Below the pieces are notes generated by a model. It made no database searches. It saw only the letters and a program-made list of their open reading frames with translations, and was not told the origin of the DNA. A program made the translations under genes and the position numbers. A stretch of 64,000 bases of DNA from a bacterium (lineage in GTDB: Bacteria; Hinthialibacterota; Hinthialibacteria; Hinthialibacterales; Hinthialibacteraceae), in NCBI GenBank assembly GCA_963662285.2, contig CAXXMV010000002.1, forward strand, positions 1,184,001 through 1,248,000. The letters run 5' to 3'. Shown here one piece after another: positions 11,501 through 20,943 of this stretch. Positions within the stretch are counted from its first letter, which is position 1. Each line of letters opens with the position of its first letter.

Positions 11501-13404
11501 ACGGTATTGCCCGTATTCCTGATATGAGCGATATTAATCTATTTGTTCAGTGCACCATGCCTGGCGCATCGGGGCAGCCAGTCTCCAGCGCTGAGTTCTT
11601 CCATGATTTCGATGGTGATGGCTCTTATGATAACATAGCATCAGAGAGTTCAGATATTGAAAATGCTGGAAATGATGTCTGGAATGCATCAGTGAAATTC
11701 ACCGCTTCGAACGATACATCCAGCTTCACCATCTACAATGATGGCGGGGTTGCATTGACCGTTTCAGCTGCAGCTCTTGATCAGGATGAACCTGCTCTGT
11801 CGTGGTCGCCTGAAGCTCCGTTTGATGTTGATCCCGGATCATCGCAGAAAGTATCTGTGGTAGTCGATTGGGATCAATTGGATATGGGTCAGTTTGTTAG
11901 AAGGCTGCTGGTTGAATCTAATGATGAAACCAATAGTCCATATCCGGAAGGTGTGTTTATTAGCGTTAATAAGGATGTTGAGCCGACGCCTACTCCAACC
12001 GCAACCAATACGCCGACGGCGACCAATACGCCAACTGTAACGAATACGCCGACTGCAACCAATACGCCGGGACCAGCAACGCCGACGCCTACTCCAGGTA
12101 ATGATCCGACGCCGACTCCTACATTAGCCGAGCCGACTCCGGTTCTACCTTCACCGACTCCAGGTGGCAATCCAACTGCGACTCCGACTCTCGGTGGTGA
12201 AGCAACCGCCACGCCTACTCCAGATAGTGGAGCAACCGCCACGCCTACTCCAGATAGTGGAGCAACTGCGACTCCGACTCCAGATAGTGAAGCGACTGCA
12301 ACTCCAACTCCTGGCGTTGAAGCAACTGCGACTCCGACTCCGGATGGAGAGCCAACTGCGACGCCAACTCCAGGTGAAGAAGCGACGCCGACTCCAACCA
12401 TTGAAGAAGGTACGCCTACACCAACAGCAACGGCTACAACTACGCCTACAGTGACTCCGACGCCGCAGGAAGAACCAACTGCGACGCCAACGCCTTTACC
12501 TGATGAGATTGAAGATAAATTTGATTTCGATAATGATACGCTGGAAGAACTTGGATTCAGCGTATTCCCGATTGACTCTAGTATTGAGGTTGCAACTATT
12601 CCTAAGGATAGTCAGCAGTCGGATGCAACCAACGGAACCGGTTTGAAAATCAATGCGATTCCTGGAACATTGATTACTATTAATGGTCCGGCCATTGAGG
12701 CTGTGCTTCAACCGATCAAGATTTCTCAATGGGTATCGGTTACCAGCGATGATATTCAAGTGGCGATGGGCGTTTACGCTTACCGGGATGGGCAAGCGGG
12801 CGCTGTGACATATAACTGGAATAGCGCTCCGGAAATCGCCGCCGGTAAATGGCGCCAAACCATGATCGAAATCGATGCCGGTTACAGTCGCGTTGTTCCG
12901 TTCCTGGCAATATATAATGCCGGCAGTGAGGCCAAATCAGTCTATGCTGATAATCTGGTCATTCTGCAAGGCATTGAAGGAACTCAGGGCGACGCTATTG
13001 AAATTGCTGAATGGCAGTCTAATCTCTGGTTGACTGAAGATGTCAGCGGCAACGCTTATACTGATGGCGACAAACTGGTTCTAGAGAAAGCGCCGGATAA
13101 GCAGGTCACCCGCTTTGGCGCGACTTATTCAGCCAGTGAATATCCACATTCGGTTGATGTTGAGATTGATGTTGTAAGGACGAAGGGTTCAACCAGTTCG
13201 CTGACATTATGGTTTGGCAACGGACCGAAAGCCTTCCAGAATGACATTCCGCTCTGGATGCTGAAAGAAGGCGTTCCCACTACCATTAAGATGTCGGGAA
13301 CCGTAACCCAGGATGTTGGTCCTATGATTGTGATTATACAATTGGCTGGTGATGACGATTCGCGGATCGTGGTTAACCAGGTGCGTGCGTTTAATCGAGA
13401 ATGA
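5524..13404 (+). CDS. Giant secreted multidomain protein: NHL propeller, PKD/Ig-like, PT linker, S8 subtilase, Ig-like, C1A papain-like protease, Ig-like, PT linker, C-terminal beta-sandwich region
   Basis: ATG 5524 after GGAG; signal peptide; six NHL repeats ([10 protein letters not shown]..ITTIAG); S8 triad VWDAG / HATHVGGTI / GTSMASP; papain motifs [10 protein letters not shown] / [10 protein letters not shown] / IANSWG. Confidence 0.9.
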   Translation: MRRLLLQAVMGLFVLSVGLYAGAQEKVFTLAGNGTSGFLGDGGSALQARLSSPYDVAVNSNGDVFIVDHGNNRVRMVNAAGIITTIAGNGSAGYSGDGGSGTAAALNRPYGLCVDAIGNVYIADTFNNVIRKVDFNGIITTVVGNGDQGYEGDDGSALNAKLNNPFGVSIDNAGNLLISDTGNHVVRMVNPNGIITTIAGNGLVGYTGDGLPATDARISNPLYVNVSVTGEIYIADSGNNVIRKVNSQGLIFTVAGDGEEGYAGDDGQASNAKLTNPSGIAFDGDGDLLIADTGNHVLRKVDSNGIITTIAGAGIAGYAGDGGIPSNAKFDNPVRVIIDANGQIFIADMKNNRVRYITPTAPLSVEAGDDRVAFVNDATQLDASASGGSGNYSYSWSILSGPNASLAQLSSSVDEDPIITPTHAGVYVLQVEVSDGVNSPFVDTTTVLVFNPIPVNTVIINDTISTLDDLSNSIDYDDADERALVIRWNLDTTQIKPEDVSDISVFVSVDGGGYVLLGSAGNGVSSYMKWEESSSDLIEPEFQSGPQFDKSYKFRLFVSTLSGNPQFFGPFDTAGAVSFKEGLDPEPTPTFTPVPVVPTSTPTVVEEPTSTPTPGEEPTLTPTPEEEPTATPVLPTPTPEEEPTATATPDVQPTSTPTPEEEPTATATPDGEATPTATPDVEPTATATPDSEATPTATPEEEATATPTPEEPTATPTATPTWTPTNTPTPTETPVPGDPEIRVDPETLEFTREVNSSVNVKEQASLQQSAPQSPNFDWQILLKSGVVNPDSFSSKSISPFSTPQKSGTVQHMLLQFNKIPSWKEQQELAQRGILLLQYIPRFAYWAAVSSDGSPLSSSAVKNKAIRWMAHSSQINRLAPEAAAGVFPPNAIMEDGRVQVVVTTFNDIQKAAANSAIGKKGGEIIEWINDNLVLVAIRFERLKALAGLDEVEWVEPAPAPNETVNATASQRINATDLRTLPYDVNGKGVVVGVWDAGPIYTHPDFGSRLTVVDSSKPVHYHATHVGGTIGGNAASGQTNALGMAPSVFIRSYDWDLDTSEMSSGYDAGIRLSNHSYGEVVGYYWDSVKQQMEFLANTYRFGLYSSGSAAFDSVVYDKGLLVFKAAGNDRGEGDGPYDTIPPRGVAKNVITIGATDDSDGMSTFSSWGPVDDGRVKPDLCANGVGLYSTMPDGSFASLSGTSMASPSACGAGALLFQLYQKELSDEPDPAVIKALMIHGADDLGRTGPDYTYGWGLINAKTSADLILERMWREGSVSNSSLAPYTLSVPAGSSELKVTLVWTDVPGSPSASKALVNDLDLVLKSPDGTVYRPWVLDKNNPTSNATTGVNTVDNVEQVLIASPAAGSWTIEIQGTSIPGGASDYAVVTEMFQSVDDSQSFRIYNDGDGTLNLESMSVEDGGWINLSPDAPLSIAPGQFQKFDVWINFDQTPYGESTRQIVISSNDADESPYATGVYVTVNNNATPTPTPTVTPEPVPTATPTPAPAFPIIRIEPLTLNYVYSGNVSLFNSALSLPGSANAPSASINAETPDFDIADTTPDGRVLVWISFEPGTDLNALRQEIEARGDEIITLTPEGKILIAVLPENLLSMSGVDGVDGVAPALPRTDSITEAPALDEPFLGAAQPSQADQAVLDSLFEDVSSVQPNALSVMRANLDGQDMLPASADNTLSKYFPPIRSQGGQGSCTAWAACYYYNTFTQASDEDHDVSTGNNDYICSPGFMYPLVNGGGDNGAYTSYVVSRLNDIGCASWTEKPYSDRDYSSWPSEAAWLDALKYRTKSSKQIYVNSLEKVLELKQHLANGKIAATQTPVYTNWYYWKDNQNRGIQNGVLFSHAGETLVGYHAMTVVGYDDERTFNTGSGTSKGAFLIANSWGQWGTYNSQGSGSRGFMWVSYDYFMTVFRYAWYNEDRDDYRPSLYAATGMNHSNRIQVAYKGIVGTPESSQWTSHRALDQTTGKPSGSAYSMTSTNRVIVDMTDGIARIPDMSDINLFVQCTMPGASGQPVSSAEFFHDFDGDGSYDNIASESSDIENAGNDVWNASVKFTASNDTSSFTIYNDGGVALTVSAAALDQDEPALSWSPEAPFDVDPGSSQKVSVVVDWDQLDMGQFVRRLLVESNDETNSPYPEGVFISVNKDVEPTPTPTATNTPTATNTPTVTNTPTATNTPGPATPTPTPGNDPTPTPTLAEPTPVLPSPTPGGNPTATPTLGGEATATPTPDSGATATPTPDSGATATPTPDSEATATPTPGVEATATPTPDGEPTATPTPGEEATPTPTIEEGTPTPTATATTTPTVTPTPQEEPTATPTPLPDEIEDKFDFDNDTLEELGFSVFPIDSSIEVATIPKDSQQSDATNGTGLKINAIPGTLITINGPAIEAVLQPIKISQWVSVTSDDIQVAMGVYAYRDGQAGAVTYNWNSAPEIAAGKWRQTMIEIDAGYSRVVPFLAIYNAGSEAKSVYADNLVILQGIEGTQGDAIEIAEWQSNLWLTEDVSGNAYTDGDKLVLEKAPDKQVTRFGATYSASEYPHSVDVEIDVVRTKGSTSSLTLWFGNGPKAFQNDIPLWMLKEGVPTTIKMSGTVTQDVGPMIVIIQLAGDDDSRIVVNQVRAFNRE
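7276..7730 (+). repeat. Pro/Thr-rich low-complexity linker 1 (PTATATPxxE repeats)
   Basis: Imperfect ~30-nt coding repeats within the giant CDS. Confidence 0.85.
11980..12495 (+). repeat. Pro/Thr-rich low-complexity linker 2 ([10 protein letters not shown] repeats)
   Basis: Near-identical 30-nt units such as gcaaccgccacgcctactccagatagtgga. Confidence 0.85.
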
Positions 13405-13437
13405 TGCAACCTTATTAATGATTAATGACTAATTACA

Positions 13438-13473
13438 ATAAGGCGTGCGGGATTTGAATCCCGCACGCCTTAT
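13438..13473. terminator. Bidirectional terminator hairpin
   Basis: Perfect 17-bp inverted repeat ataaggcgtgcgggatt-tg-aatcccgcacgccttat between convergent genes. Confidence 0.85.
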
Positions 13474-13475
13474 CT

Positions 13476-15518
13476 TTATTTCTCGATTATTATCCGGCAT
13501 AATTTCTTTGGAGGAAGAGTGAAATAGATTCTCTCTTTGGCCCCGTTAACCGTAAACTGGCCTGAATCAAATATATCCCCTGCATCTGATTTAACTGTAT
13601 AACAATATACGCCTTCTTGCAGCATATATAGTTCAGCGCCCATTTTTCGCGGCTTGGAACCAAAGTGAAATAGTTCGGCGGCAAATTTATCTTCATTTGC
13701 ATCAGTGACCAGCGCTGCTATATCTTGGGCTGGTGTCAACCACCGAACCCGGTTAAGAGGGAAATAAAGCGCATCGCCTGGATCACCAGTGGCGGATGCG
13801 TAAAGCAGCATCGGATTAGGTGATGCAGTATCTTCGTCGTTCCAACCACTCCGCTGCAAAAATGCAGGAAACCTGATGCAGCGATCAGTGTATCGCACTT
13901 CTTCTGTGTAACCGGGGAAATTAACGCTCAATGCTTCTGCATTTTTGCGCAATGATTTGGTTAAGGATTTTCTATCCTGCGTTAAGCGGAAAGTGTAATA
14001 GGGATCATTCTCTTTTTGCAGTAATTCATCAAACTCATGGCTGCCGCTGAAAAATCTGTATTTGGTAAGAACGCTCTTAAGGTTTATGCTTCGTGCGCAC
14101 CATGCCTCAGAACCAGGTTCAGTATTGCCGGAGGGAGGATGCTTGAGATAATCAAGCCGGATGCGCGCCATAGAACGGATTGGCTCCAGATAAGATTCTG
14201 ATCCGGTCATCAGGTGGGTCTGCAATAGAGTATGAAGCATCATGGTCATTGCGCTGGGCCAATCGTATAATGTCTCCTTATAGTTTTCCGGTTTCCACCA
14301 GTCTTTTCCGGTTCCGCCGACGGTTCCCGATGGCCAATGAATGGCGCTGGGGATGACGCCCGCTGGCTTGCCCCGTTCAGCGCGGGCGGTCGCATCAACC
14401 CAACCATCCATCCATTTACTGAAGATTGTTGTCAATCGTTTATCCTGCGTTCTCTGCCAATAAAGCAATGCTGGCTGCATGGCGCGTGGATGATAGACGC
14501 TGTCACAGGCGCGTTCGGTGCGCAGGTCGTTTTTCTCAGAAGTGAAATAAGTGCTCTTGAATTGTAGAAAGCCGCGCTGGTTCACGCCAGTCCAAAGATT
14601 CTCCATCAAATCAACCAAACGTAACGCCCGGTCACGCCATAACGGGTTATCCGCATCAAGGTGCATCATGGGCGTCATTGCGTCTGACGAATCTTCGGCG
14701 GTATGTTCGACGTCAGACATGTGGGATGTATATCCGCCTTTCATGTGCGGCTGGCTCAGCAGCGATTTGGAAAAGAACTCCTGCGCTTGGGTTATTTTTG
14801 GGTCATCGAATCCGATCAGAACGGGAATCCACCAGCGCCACATTTCACAATCGTCGCCCCAGCCGCCGCCATATTCACCGTTTTCCTGTAATCGGTTGTC
14901 GATCCACCAATGAATTATCTCAGAAAGCCTTTGCAATCCTTCCCGCTGATAAACCGCCCATTCAGGAACATCCGCAGGAGAATCGTAAGCAGGGGAGGGA
15001 ATTGCTTTTCCCAGGTACATTGAAATAAGTTTGTTATCAGGGAAAACCTCATGCGCCTGGTTGAGCAACTGTCTGGCTTTTCCTGCATAACGCTGGAATT
15101 CTTCATCATGGCTCCAGACGCCGCCATACTCCAGCGATACCCAAATAATCATACGGGCGCGGTAAAACCATGTCAGCGGTTCAAATACTGAGTCCTTTGA
15201 TATATTGAAATTCCAGTCTTGGTTCTGAAGAATTTCCCGGCTGAAATACTCCAGCCGTGGGCTGTTATTCCAGCGCTCAATTTCTTTGATGAGGTTGTTT
15301 AAGTCATTTACTCGTTGAGTATTAATAGCAGGATGATCTTTGAGTTTTTTAATCAGGCGCAGTTTTTGGATTTCGTTCTCATGATTGCCAATGATTTTGA
15401 TTGAATCTTCAAGAGATAAGATTGTCTCTTGTGAAAACGCAGTGCTGCATACTAGCCCTGAGATCAATGACAATGCTAAAAGTACCGGCAATGTTTTTGA
15501 TGGTTTAAGAAAGTTCAT
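13476..15518 (-). CDS. Secreted hypothetical protein (680 aa, Trp/Asp-rich helical core)
   Basis: Long ORF with signal peptide; motifs GEYGGGWGDDCEMW and DVEHTAED; family not recognised. Confidence 0.75.
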   Translation of the reverse strand: MNFLKPSKTLPVLLALSLISGLVCSTAFSQETILSLEDSIKIIGNHENEIQKLRLIKKLKDHPAINTQRVNDLNNLIKEIERWNNSPRLEYFSREILQNQDWNFNISKDSVFEPLTWFYRARMIIWVSLEYGGVWSHDEEFQRYAGKARQLLNQAHEVFPDNKLISMYLGKAIPSPAYDSPADVPEWAVYQREGLQRLSEIIHWWIDNRLQENGEYGGGWGDDCEMWRWWIPVLIGFDDPKITQAQEFFSKSLLSQPHMKGGYTSHMSDVEHTAEDSSDAMTPMMHLDADNPLWRDRALRLVDLMENLWTGVNQRGFLQFKSTYFTSEKNDLRTERACDSVYHPRAMQPALLYWQRTQDKRLTTIFSKWMDGWVDATARAERGKPAGVIPSAIHWPSGTVGGTGKDWWKPENYKETLYDWPSAMTMMLHTLLQTHLMTGSESYLEPIRSMARIRLDYLKHPPSGNTEPGSEAWCARSINLKSVLTKYRFFSGSHEFDELLQKENDPYYTFRLTQDRKSLTKSLRKNAEALSVNFPGYTEEVRYTDRCIRFPAFLQRSGWNDEDTASPNPMLLYASATGDPGDALYFPLNRVRWLTPAQDIAALVTDANEDKFAAELFHFGSKPRKMGAELYMLQEGVYCYTVKSDAGDIFDSGQFTVNGAKERIYFTLPPKKLCRIIIEK

Positions 15519-15556
15519 GGAGTAAACGCCTTTTTACAAAATGGATTTATATACGA

Positions 15557-15589
15557 ACTCCCCAAGTCTAAATCAAAGACTCGGGGAGT
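15557..15589. terminator. Hairpin downstream of the S8 gene
   Basis: actccccaagtct-7nt-agactcggggagt, one mismatch. Confidence 0.5.
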
Positions 15590-15631
15590 GGCAAGGCTTG
15601 TTGGTATTGTGATGGAGTGGAAATTGTTTTT

Positions 15632-18600
15632 TTAATACATCATCCATTCCTTAACGGCGGTTTCAATATTGCCGGAAAATATTAAACCTGCCTGAGAATC
15701 TGATGATGGTTTAGGTTGATATGGCGTTGTCGGAGTGAAGGGATAAACCTCTTCTGGATTGCGAATCTGTACTGAATATTCTCCATTGCCTTTTTTGGTT
15801 ATGACATGGAGATAGTATATATGATTGCTGAGCAATGGCATGAATAACCGGGCGCTGTATGAGCCATTGGTGTTAGTGCTGAACATATATTTAGTCGGAT
15901 CATCCGGTCCATAAAGAGATACGGTGGTGGATTCCGCCAGATCATCTGAATCAGTTCTAAATTCCATCATATAGGTGGAAAACATGAATGGTTGAATGAT
16001 ATACCAATTTTCTTCTATTCTTCCGGAATTAAACACACCGTATTTAATATTTCCATTTAACTCCAGGTTTTTAGTTGAGAATGTTGCTAGAGTGTTAACT
16101 GATATATTGTAACGGCCATTAGATTTTGGCGATGTGACGCGCAATAGGTATTTCTGATCTTTGGACATGATGAGCAGGATCGGATTTGATAGCGTCCCTG
16201 TCATCAAACTACGGGTTGGATCGCTTGGATTATATAGACTGAATTGGAAAAATTTGCCCGGAGCGGGAATTCCCGCAGAGGCTTCAATAATAATTGTCCC
16301 AATATCCGATTGAAGAAATTCATACCAGTGTTCATCTCCGATATCGTTAAATTGATTGGAAACCGCTGGTCCATTGACTATAAGAGGGATGATCTCTGGT
16401 TCAACGGGATTCTCTGTATATTTTTCTATACTAATCCCATAGAATCCCTCGGACAATGACGTGTATCCGTTCACGCTAACGAAATACATGCTCTCTTGAT
16501 CAAGATATTGGGTGATGGTAGAAAACGTATCTGGTCCGCTATCGTCATCTTCAGCTAAAACAAGATTTTTATTATCTGGACCATAGAGAACAATTTCCGT
16601 GTCTGGATAAATCAGATTAGAAGCAGAACTGGTTTTGATGGTATAGAATCCTGATTCTTGAACCTTAATGCTATACCAGTCGCGGGTGTGCGACATATTC
16701 AATTCACTGGTGATAGGCGGTTGATTAATTTGCAATGGCGCTAAGACCTGGTCGTTTGATATTAAAACCGGTATGTCTTTGGAGAAAACAAAACCGCTGG
16801 CGTCGGTGATAGACATAGCTAAATTATGTTCACCAGTAGGGATGTATCTTGTATCCCATTGAATACGATGATTAACGACTAATTGATCTTGTTCAAACTC
16901 TACTTCTCCTTCAATGTCTACTGTATATGGGTTGTCGAGTACTTCTCCATCCAATTCGATTACCAGTTTGCTGATTCCTACCTTGCTGGTTGCATACATA
17001 TGAACGGGAACTATACCAGCAGTTATTCTTCTTTGTGGTTGAAGAATTAATAATTTAGTATCATTGTCCATGATTTTAAGACCTGAAACGCAAAGAGTAA
17101 AATTCTGATAAGCGCCTAAATTTACCTGACCACCGATGCGGATGGTGTACGTGGCGCTTGATGGTGATGCGATGAAAACCTGTTCTACATTATCTCTATG
17201 GTTTTCGGCGTCTTGTTTTGCTGATGCGCTTGGATTGCCCGGATCCAGCGTCCAGGGGAAATACTCATTATTTTTGTCAGTGATTGAAATATCCAGATCA
17301 TTTACTAGCGTTGTTACGCTATAATCCATTCCTGAGGTTGTAATCATTCCTGGTGGATCTATCCAGGTTAAAGTAACCTTGATTGGGCCTTCCCCCGAAT
17401 ATTTACCTGGTATTTGGATTTCAGAATCGCTGTAATAATCGTTAATGATATTAGTATCATCATTACTGAAATTATGGATAAAGTCAGCTGCTGCTTTGGC
17501 GTCCACCAAACCCCAGCCGATTCGGTAATCCGGTCCCGGATCAGTGCCTCCGTCTTGCGCGGTGTGAATCAGGATGCCTTTCATAACTGCGGCGATAGGT
17601 TCCGATCCGCCGAATTGCTGCTTGTATTTTTGGGTCAGACACGCGATGGCCCCGGTCACTACCGGCGCAGCCATGGATGTCCCGCTGAGGAGCGTGGTTG
17701 CTTTATCATTCATAATTCCAAGTGACAGCAGTTTTGAACCATTGGCCACTACATCCGGTTTGATGCGCCCATCATCCGAAGGACCCCAACTCGACCAGGA
17801 CGTGATAGTTGAGAGTTCGGGAGTGGGCGGTTCGATTAATATGTCGTTTATGGCCCCGACCGCGATGACGTTTTTACCAAGCGAGATGGGATTCATAGTG
17901 TCATAACCGTCATCTTCTTCTCCATCGATGCCTCGCGGCTCATTCGAAGTTTCCGGTCCGTCGTTAAGAATGTAAGAAGCTCCTATAACGGGCGGTTGTT
18001 GATTGCGGTTATTTCCCGCTGATACCACTATCAACAAATCATGGTCGTATACTATTTTATCAAAAGCGCGGCTATGGGTGCTATACATACCAAACCAGTG
18101 CGACTGATATCCGCAGACATCTGTATTGCCATACCAGTGCCATTTATTATCTTCTTCATTAAATTCCCAACCGACTGCTGAAGAATATGAATGGTTTGAA
18201 GCCGTGATGCGATGAGCGTTAGCATCCATTTCGTAGATGTCTGCGCTGCTGTTCCAGCAGAGAAGATTAACATTAGGCGCCATGCCGCGCGTCTTTTTGC
18301 CATTAATGCCGGATGCGCCGATGGTTCCCGCAACATGAGTTGAATGATAATGAGACACCTTGGCATTATCTACTTGCTTCGCCCGGCCTATCAATTCGGT
18401 GTGCGTAGTGCGTACGCCGCTTGGATCCCAAACGCCAACCGTCACCCCGCTTCCACCAAGATTGTATCCGGTTGAGCCGTCCGGTTGGATTTCATCGATG
18501 TTGGAGGTGTCCTGCGCGTTGATATTACAGGGCACTATTGGAGGTTCGATCTCTGTGATCAGCATGACGCAATCTTCTTCAGCCAAAGCGTCGATGCTGT

Positions 18601-19183
18601 TACGGGGTATAGCAACGCTTGCCATGGTTTGATGATAATCAAAACGGGTTTGAGTCGCGCATAGTATCGCTCCATGATTGAGCAGCGCTTGTTTGGCTTG
18701 GTTGAACATCGTTCCCGGGTGAAACATAACGAGAACTTTTTTTAGACTGATGTCCATTATTTGTACTGCGCTTTTCGGAGTTGCTTCGAGCGTCTTCCGG
18801 ACAGCGAAACCGATCTTGGCCTTAGCGGGAAGATGGGCTGCGCCGACATCGGGCTTGTTGTTCTGCAACCATTTGTATGCATCTGTAGTTGCCGTCACAA
18901 TGTAAGCGTTTGGGTGTATGTACTGTTCAAAATGGATATTGTTAGAGATATATATATCCCGCTCTGCTGGTGATAGAGGCGCATTGAATTGAAGAATGAT
19001 TCTTGTAGATTTATTATCAGATGGAAAGGTAAATGTCCCTGTATTTTGTAACTGAATCTTTACGCCATTTAGATCAACTGACGCCGACTTTGATAGGCAT
19101 TCAATTGCAGAGAAGAGGACGGATAATACCAAGAAGTAACACAACGACTGACGAATCATTCCACTCATTAATAATTCTCCCAT
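15632..19183 (-). CDS. Secreted S8 subtilase with propeptide, Ig-like and three PPC-like domains
   Basis: VGVWDPSG, HSTHVAGTI, SAGN, GPSDDGRIKPD, GTSMAAP; DWYSI..EDDDSG PPC-like repeats; true start probably ATG 19168. Confidence 0.9.
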   Translation of the reverse strand: MGELLMSGMIRQSLCYFLVLSVLFSAIECLSKSASVDLNGVKIQLQNTGTFTFPSDNKSTRIILQFNAPLSPAERDIYISNNIHFEQYIHPNAYIVTATTDAYKWLQNNKPDVGAAHLPAKAKIGFAVRKTLEATPKSAVQIMDISLKKVLVMFHPGTMFNQAKQALLNHGAILCATQTRFDYHQTMASVAIPRNSIDALAEEDCVMLITEIEPPIVPCNINAQDTSNIDEIQPDGSTGYNLGGSGVTVGVWDPSGVRTTHTELIGRAKQVDNAKVSHYHSTHVAGTIGASGINGKKTRGMAPNVNLLCWNSSADIYEMDANAHRITASNHSYSSAVGWEFNEEDNKWHWYGNTDVCGYQSHWFGMYSTHSRAFDKIVYDHDLLIVVSAGNNRNQQPPVIGASYILNDGPETSNEPRGIDGEEDDGYDTMNPISLGKNVIAVGAINDILIEPPTPELSTITSWSSWGPSDDGRIKPDVVANGSKLLSLGIMNDKATTLLSGTSMAAPVVTGAIACLTQKYKQQFGGSEPIAAVMKGILIHTAQDGGTDPGPDYRIGWGLVDAKAAADFIHNFSNDDTNIINDYYSDSEIQIPGKYSGEGPIKVTLTWIDPPGMITTSGMDYSVTTLVNDLDISITDKNNEYFPWTLDPGNPSASAKQDAENHRDNVEQVFIASPSSATYTIRIGGQVNLGAYQNFTLCVSGLKIMDNDTKLLILQPQRRITAGIVPVHMYATSKVGISKLVIELDGEVLDNPYTVDIEGEVEFEQDQLVVNHRIQWDTRYIPTGEHNLAMSITDASGFVFSKDIPVLISNDQVLAPLQINQPPITSELNMSHTRDWYSIKVQESGFYTIKTSSASNLIYPDTEIVLYGPDNKNLVLAEDDDSGPDTFSTITQYLDQESMYFVSVNGYTSLSEGFYGISIEKYTENPVEPEIIPLIVNGPAVSNQFNDIGDEHWYEFLQSDIGTIIIEASAGIPAPGKFFQFSLYNPSDPTRSLMTGTLSNPILLIMSKDQKYLLRVTSPKSNGRYNISVNTLATFSTKNLELNGNIKYGVFNSGRIEENWYIIQPFMFSTYMMEFRTDSDDLAESTTVSLYGPDDPTKYMFSTNTNGSYSARLFMPLLSNHIYYLHVITKKGNGEYSVQIRNPEEVYPFTPTTPYQPKPSSDSQAGLIFSGNIETAVKEWMMY

Positions 19184-19271
19184 GAATATAGTATGTCAAA
19201 TTATCAAATAACGTTCTTTAGAATTTATCACAGAAATGAAACATAGACTGTAAAATATTGTAAAAGAAAAA

Positions 19272-19295
19272 GGGCGATGGATTTCTCCATCGCCC
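19272..19295 (-). terminator. Rho-independent terminator of the ceramidase-like gene
   Basis: gggcgatgga-tttc-tccatcgccc with an A-run on its left (U-tail on the minus strand). Confidence 0.75.
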
Positions 19296-19350
19296 CTGGG
19301 ATTGATAACTGTACTTGAGCGTCTGAATACTAATTACTACGGAGCAGATG

Positions 19351-19405
19351 GATGCCAAGGGCAAGACCGCATTGCGGTCAGCCCTTGATCAAACCACCCA
19401 ATATT
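19351..19405 (+). repeat. REP-like palindrome family A, copy 1
   Basis: gccaagggcaagaccgcattgcggtcagcccttgatcaaaccacccaatatt; copies at 34867-34912 (inverted) and 58114-58172. Confidence 0.85.
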
Positions 19406-19446
19406 AGGATGGTGATGGTGATTTAAAACAATTGCCTGACTAATTT

Positions 19447-20748
19447 CTACGGAGTTGACACGCGTCCTCCATACGGTTTGTCGTGTAACATACCACGCAA
19501 GGTATATAACTCAATCAAGCCCTGGTTGATGATCCGCTCGCCGCTTCCAACTTCAGCTATGCCCGAATCACTAGCGCCATAACCTCCACGCGCCGCTGAT
19601 TCGATGTCAGGGAAATACCAATTCGGCCAATCCTGATGTGCGCAATCGCAATACCCGAACATGTAGGCGTGGGGCAGCGCTGATTTCTCGCGCACGTCTA
19701 CCTGGAATTTATGGAATGGCTCTCCAGCGATAGTGACTATGCCGATATCATTATTTATCAACAATGCCGTAGTAGCGAATTTCAACGTTTTATCCGGTTC
19801 CCAGCGATGATTGGTGGTAATGGTTTTTACTGAAGCGCGAAGTTGAGTGGATTTCCCCTCCTCGGTTTTCATTTGGTCAAGCGTTTTAAGCACTTCCTTA
19901 GCTAGAAAACCTCCCATCTTATCTACGACGACAAAATTTTCTTTACTACTTTCAGAACGCCCCTGAAAAAGTGGATTGATATCTCCCGCGCCGCCTTGGG
20001 CGAACAGGCATAGCGCGTCATTGCCTAGTTCCTCTTCCACTTTGCGGTACATGGCGCCCACGTAATCTGCTGATAAAACAAGGTTTTTAGAACCTAAAAC
20101 AACCGGGTGACAGGCGTAATGCACTACCACGGCGCGGATTTTATTTTGGTTATCAGTGACCCGGATTACGCCGACCGTAGGATCAACGGGTCCAATGGGA
20201 ACGCGTTCAACATTAGAAAAAATGGTAGTCGCCAGGCCATCCGCGTCGCGTCGCAACCTGTTATAACCCAGAGTGATAGAGCCTTCATCAGCATTGATAT
20301 AAGCTGGGAACATATCTTGCTGCGCTTGTTTGATGGTATGAAGAATTCTCTCTTCGATGGTTTTTAACCAGGGCTTATCGGCTGAAGGAAATGGTTTAGC
20401 CAGGTCGGGACCAGCGTGGGTATGGCTGCAAAGCAAGAGAAGATGATCGATTCCAATAGATTGCATCTGGTCATGCAGCCAGGGCGATTGGAACTCGCAG
20501 ACATCCCAACTTACAATAGCGACTGTTGTCTCGGTGGATTGCAGTATCAGTACTTTAGCCATCAGTGGATCATGGACCGATTGGGCGCCTTCGGTTCTGC
20601 TGGCGTAACCCCACATGGGAATCCCGATAGGCGGCGTGATCTCGACTTGCGCTGTTCCTGCTTGAATAGCTGGTTCGCTGAAAGCGTATGAGGTGAATAT
20701 CATAAACAAAAATATGCATGATAATATTATAGTTTGTTGAGTTTTCAT
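19447..20748 (-). CDS. Neutral/alkaline ceramidase N-terminal-domain family amidohydrolase, secreted
   Basis: ITPPIG..GY, HDPL, SHTHAGP, NRLR, YACHP, SADY, QGGAGDINP, GEPF motifs. Confidence 0.8.
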   Translation of the reverse strand: MKTQQTIILSCIFLFMIFTSYAFSEPAIQAGTAQVEITPPIGIPMWGYASRTEGAQSVHDPLMAKVLILQSTETTVAIVSWDVCEFQSPWLHDQMQSIGIDHLLLLCSHTHAGPDLAKPFPSADKPWLKTIEERILHTIKQAQQDMFPAYINADEGSITLGYNRLRRDADGLATTIFSNVERVPIGPVDPTVGVIRVTDNQNKIRAVVVHYACHPVVLGSKNLVLSADYVGAMYRKVEEELGNDALCLFAQGGAGDINPLFQGRSESSKENFVVVDKMGGFLAKEVLKTLDQMKTEEGKSTQLRASVKTITTNHRWEPDKTLKFATTALLINNDIGIVTIAGEPFHKFQVDVREKSALPHAYMFGYCDCAHQDWPNWYFPDIESAARGGYGASDSGIAEVGSGERIINQGLIELYTLRGMLHDKPYGGRVSTP

Positions 20749-20943
20749 CCCTTATCTCCTGATGTAATTTGGTTTTGTAATATAATGTATTGAATATTGG
20801 ATCATTTTTATTCCTCATTAACAAGGGATAATTGGCAGTATTATATTTCTAGAGTGGATTGTATTATAATATTCTGATTCGCATCACAATAAAAAGATTA
20901 AAATGATGGGCTTTTCCAATTTATGCGTTAGGGAGTAAAACCA

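Noticed and set aside
12160-12400. 30-nt tandem units resembling a CRISPR or VNTR array
   Set aside because: In-frame coding repeats with no unique spacers and no cas genes.
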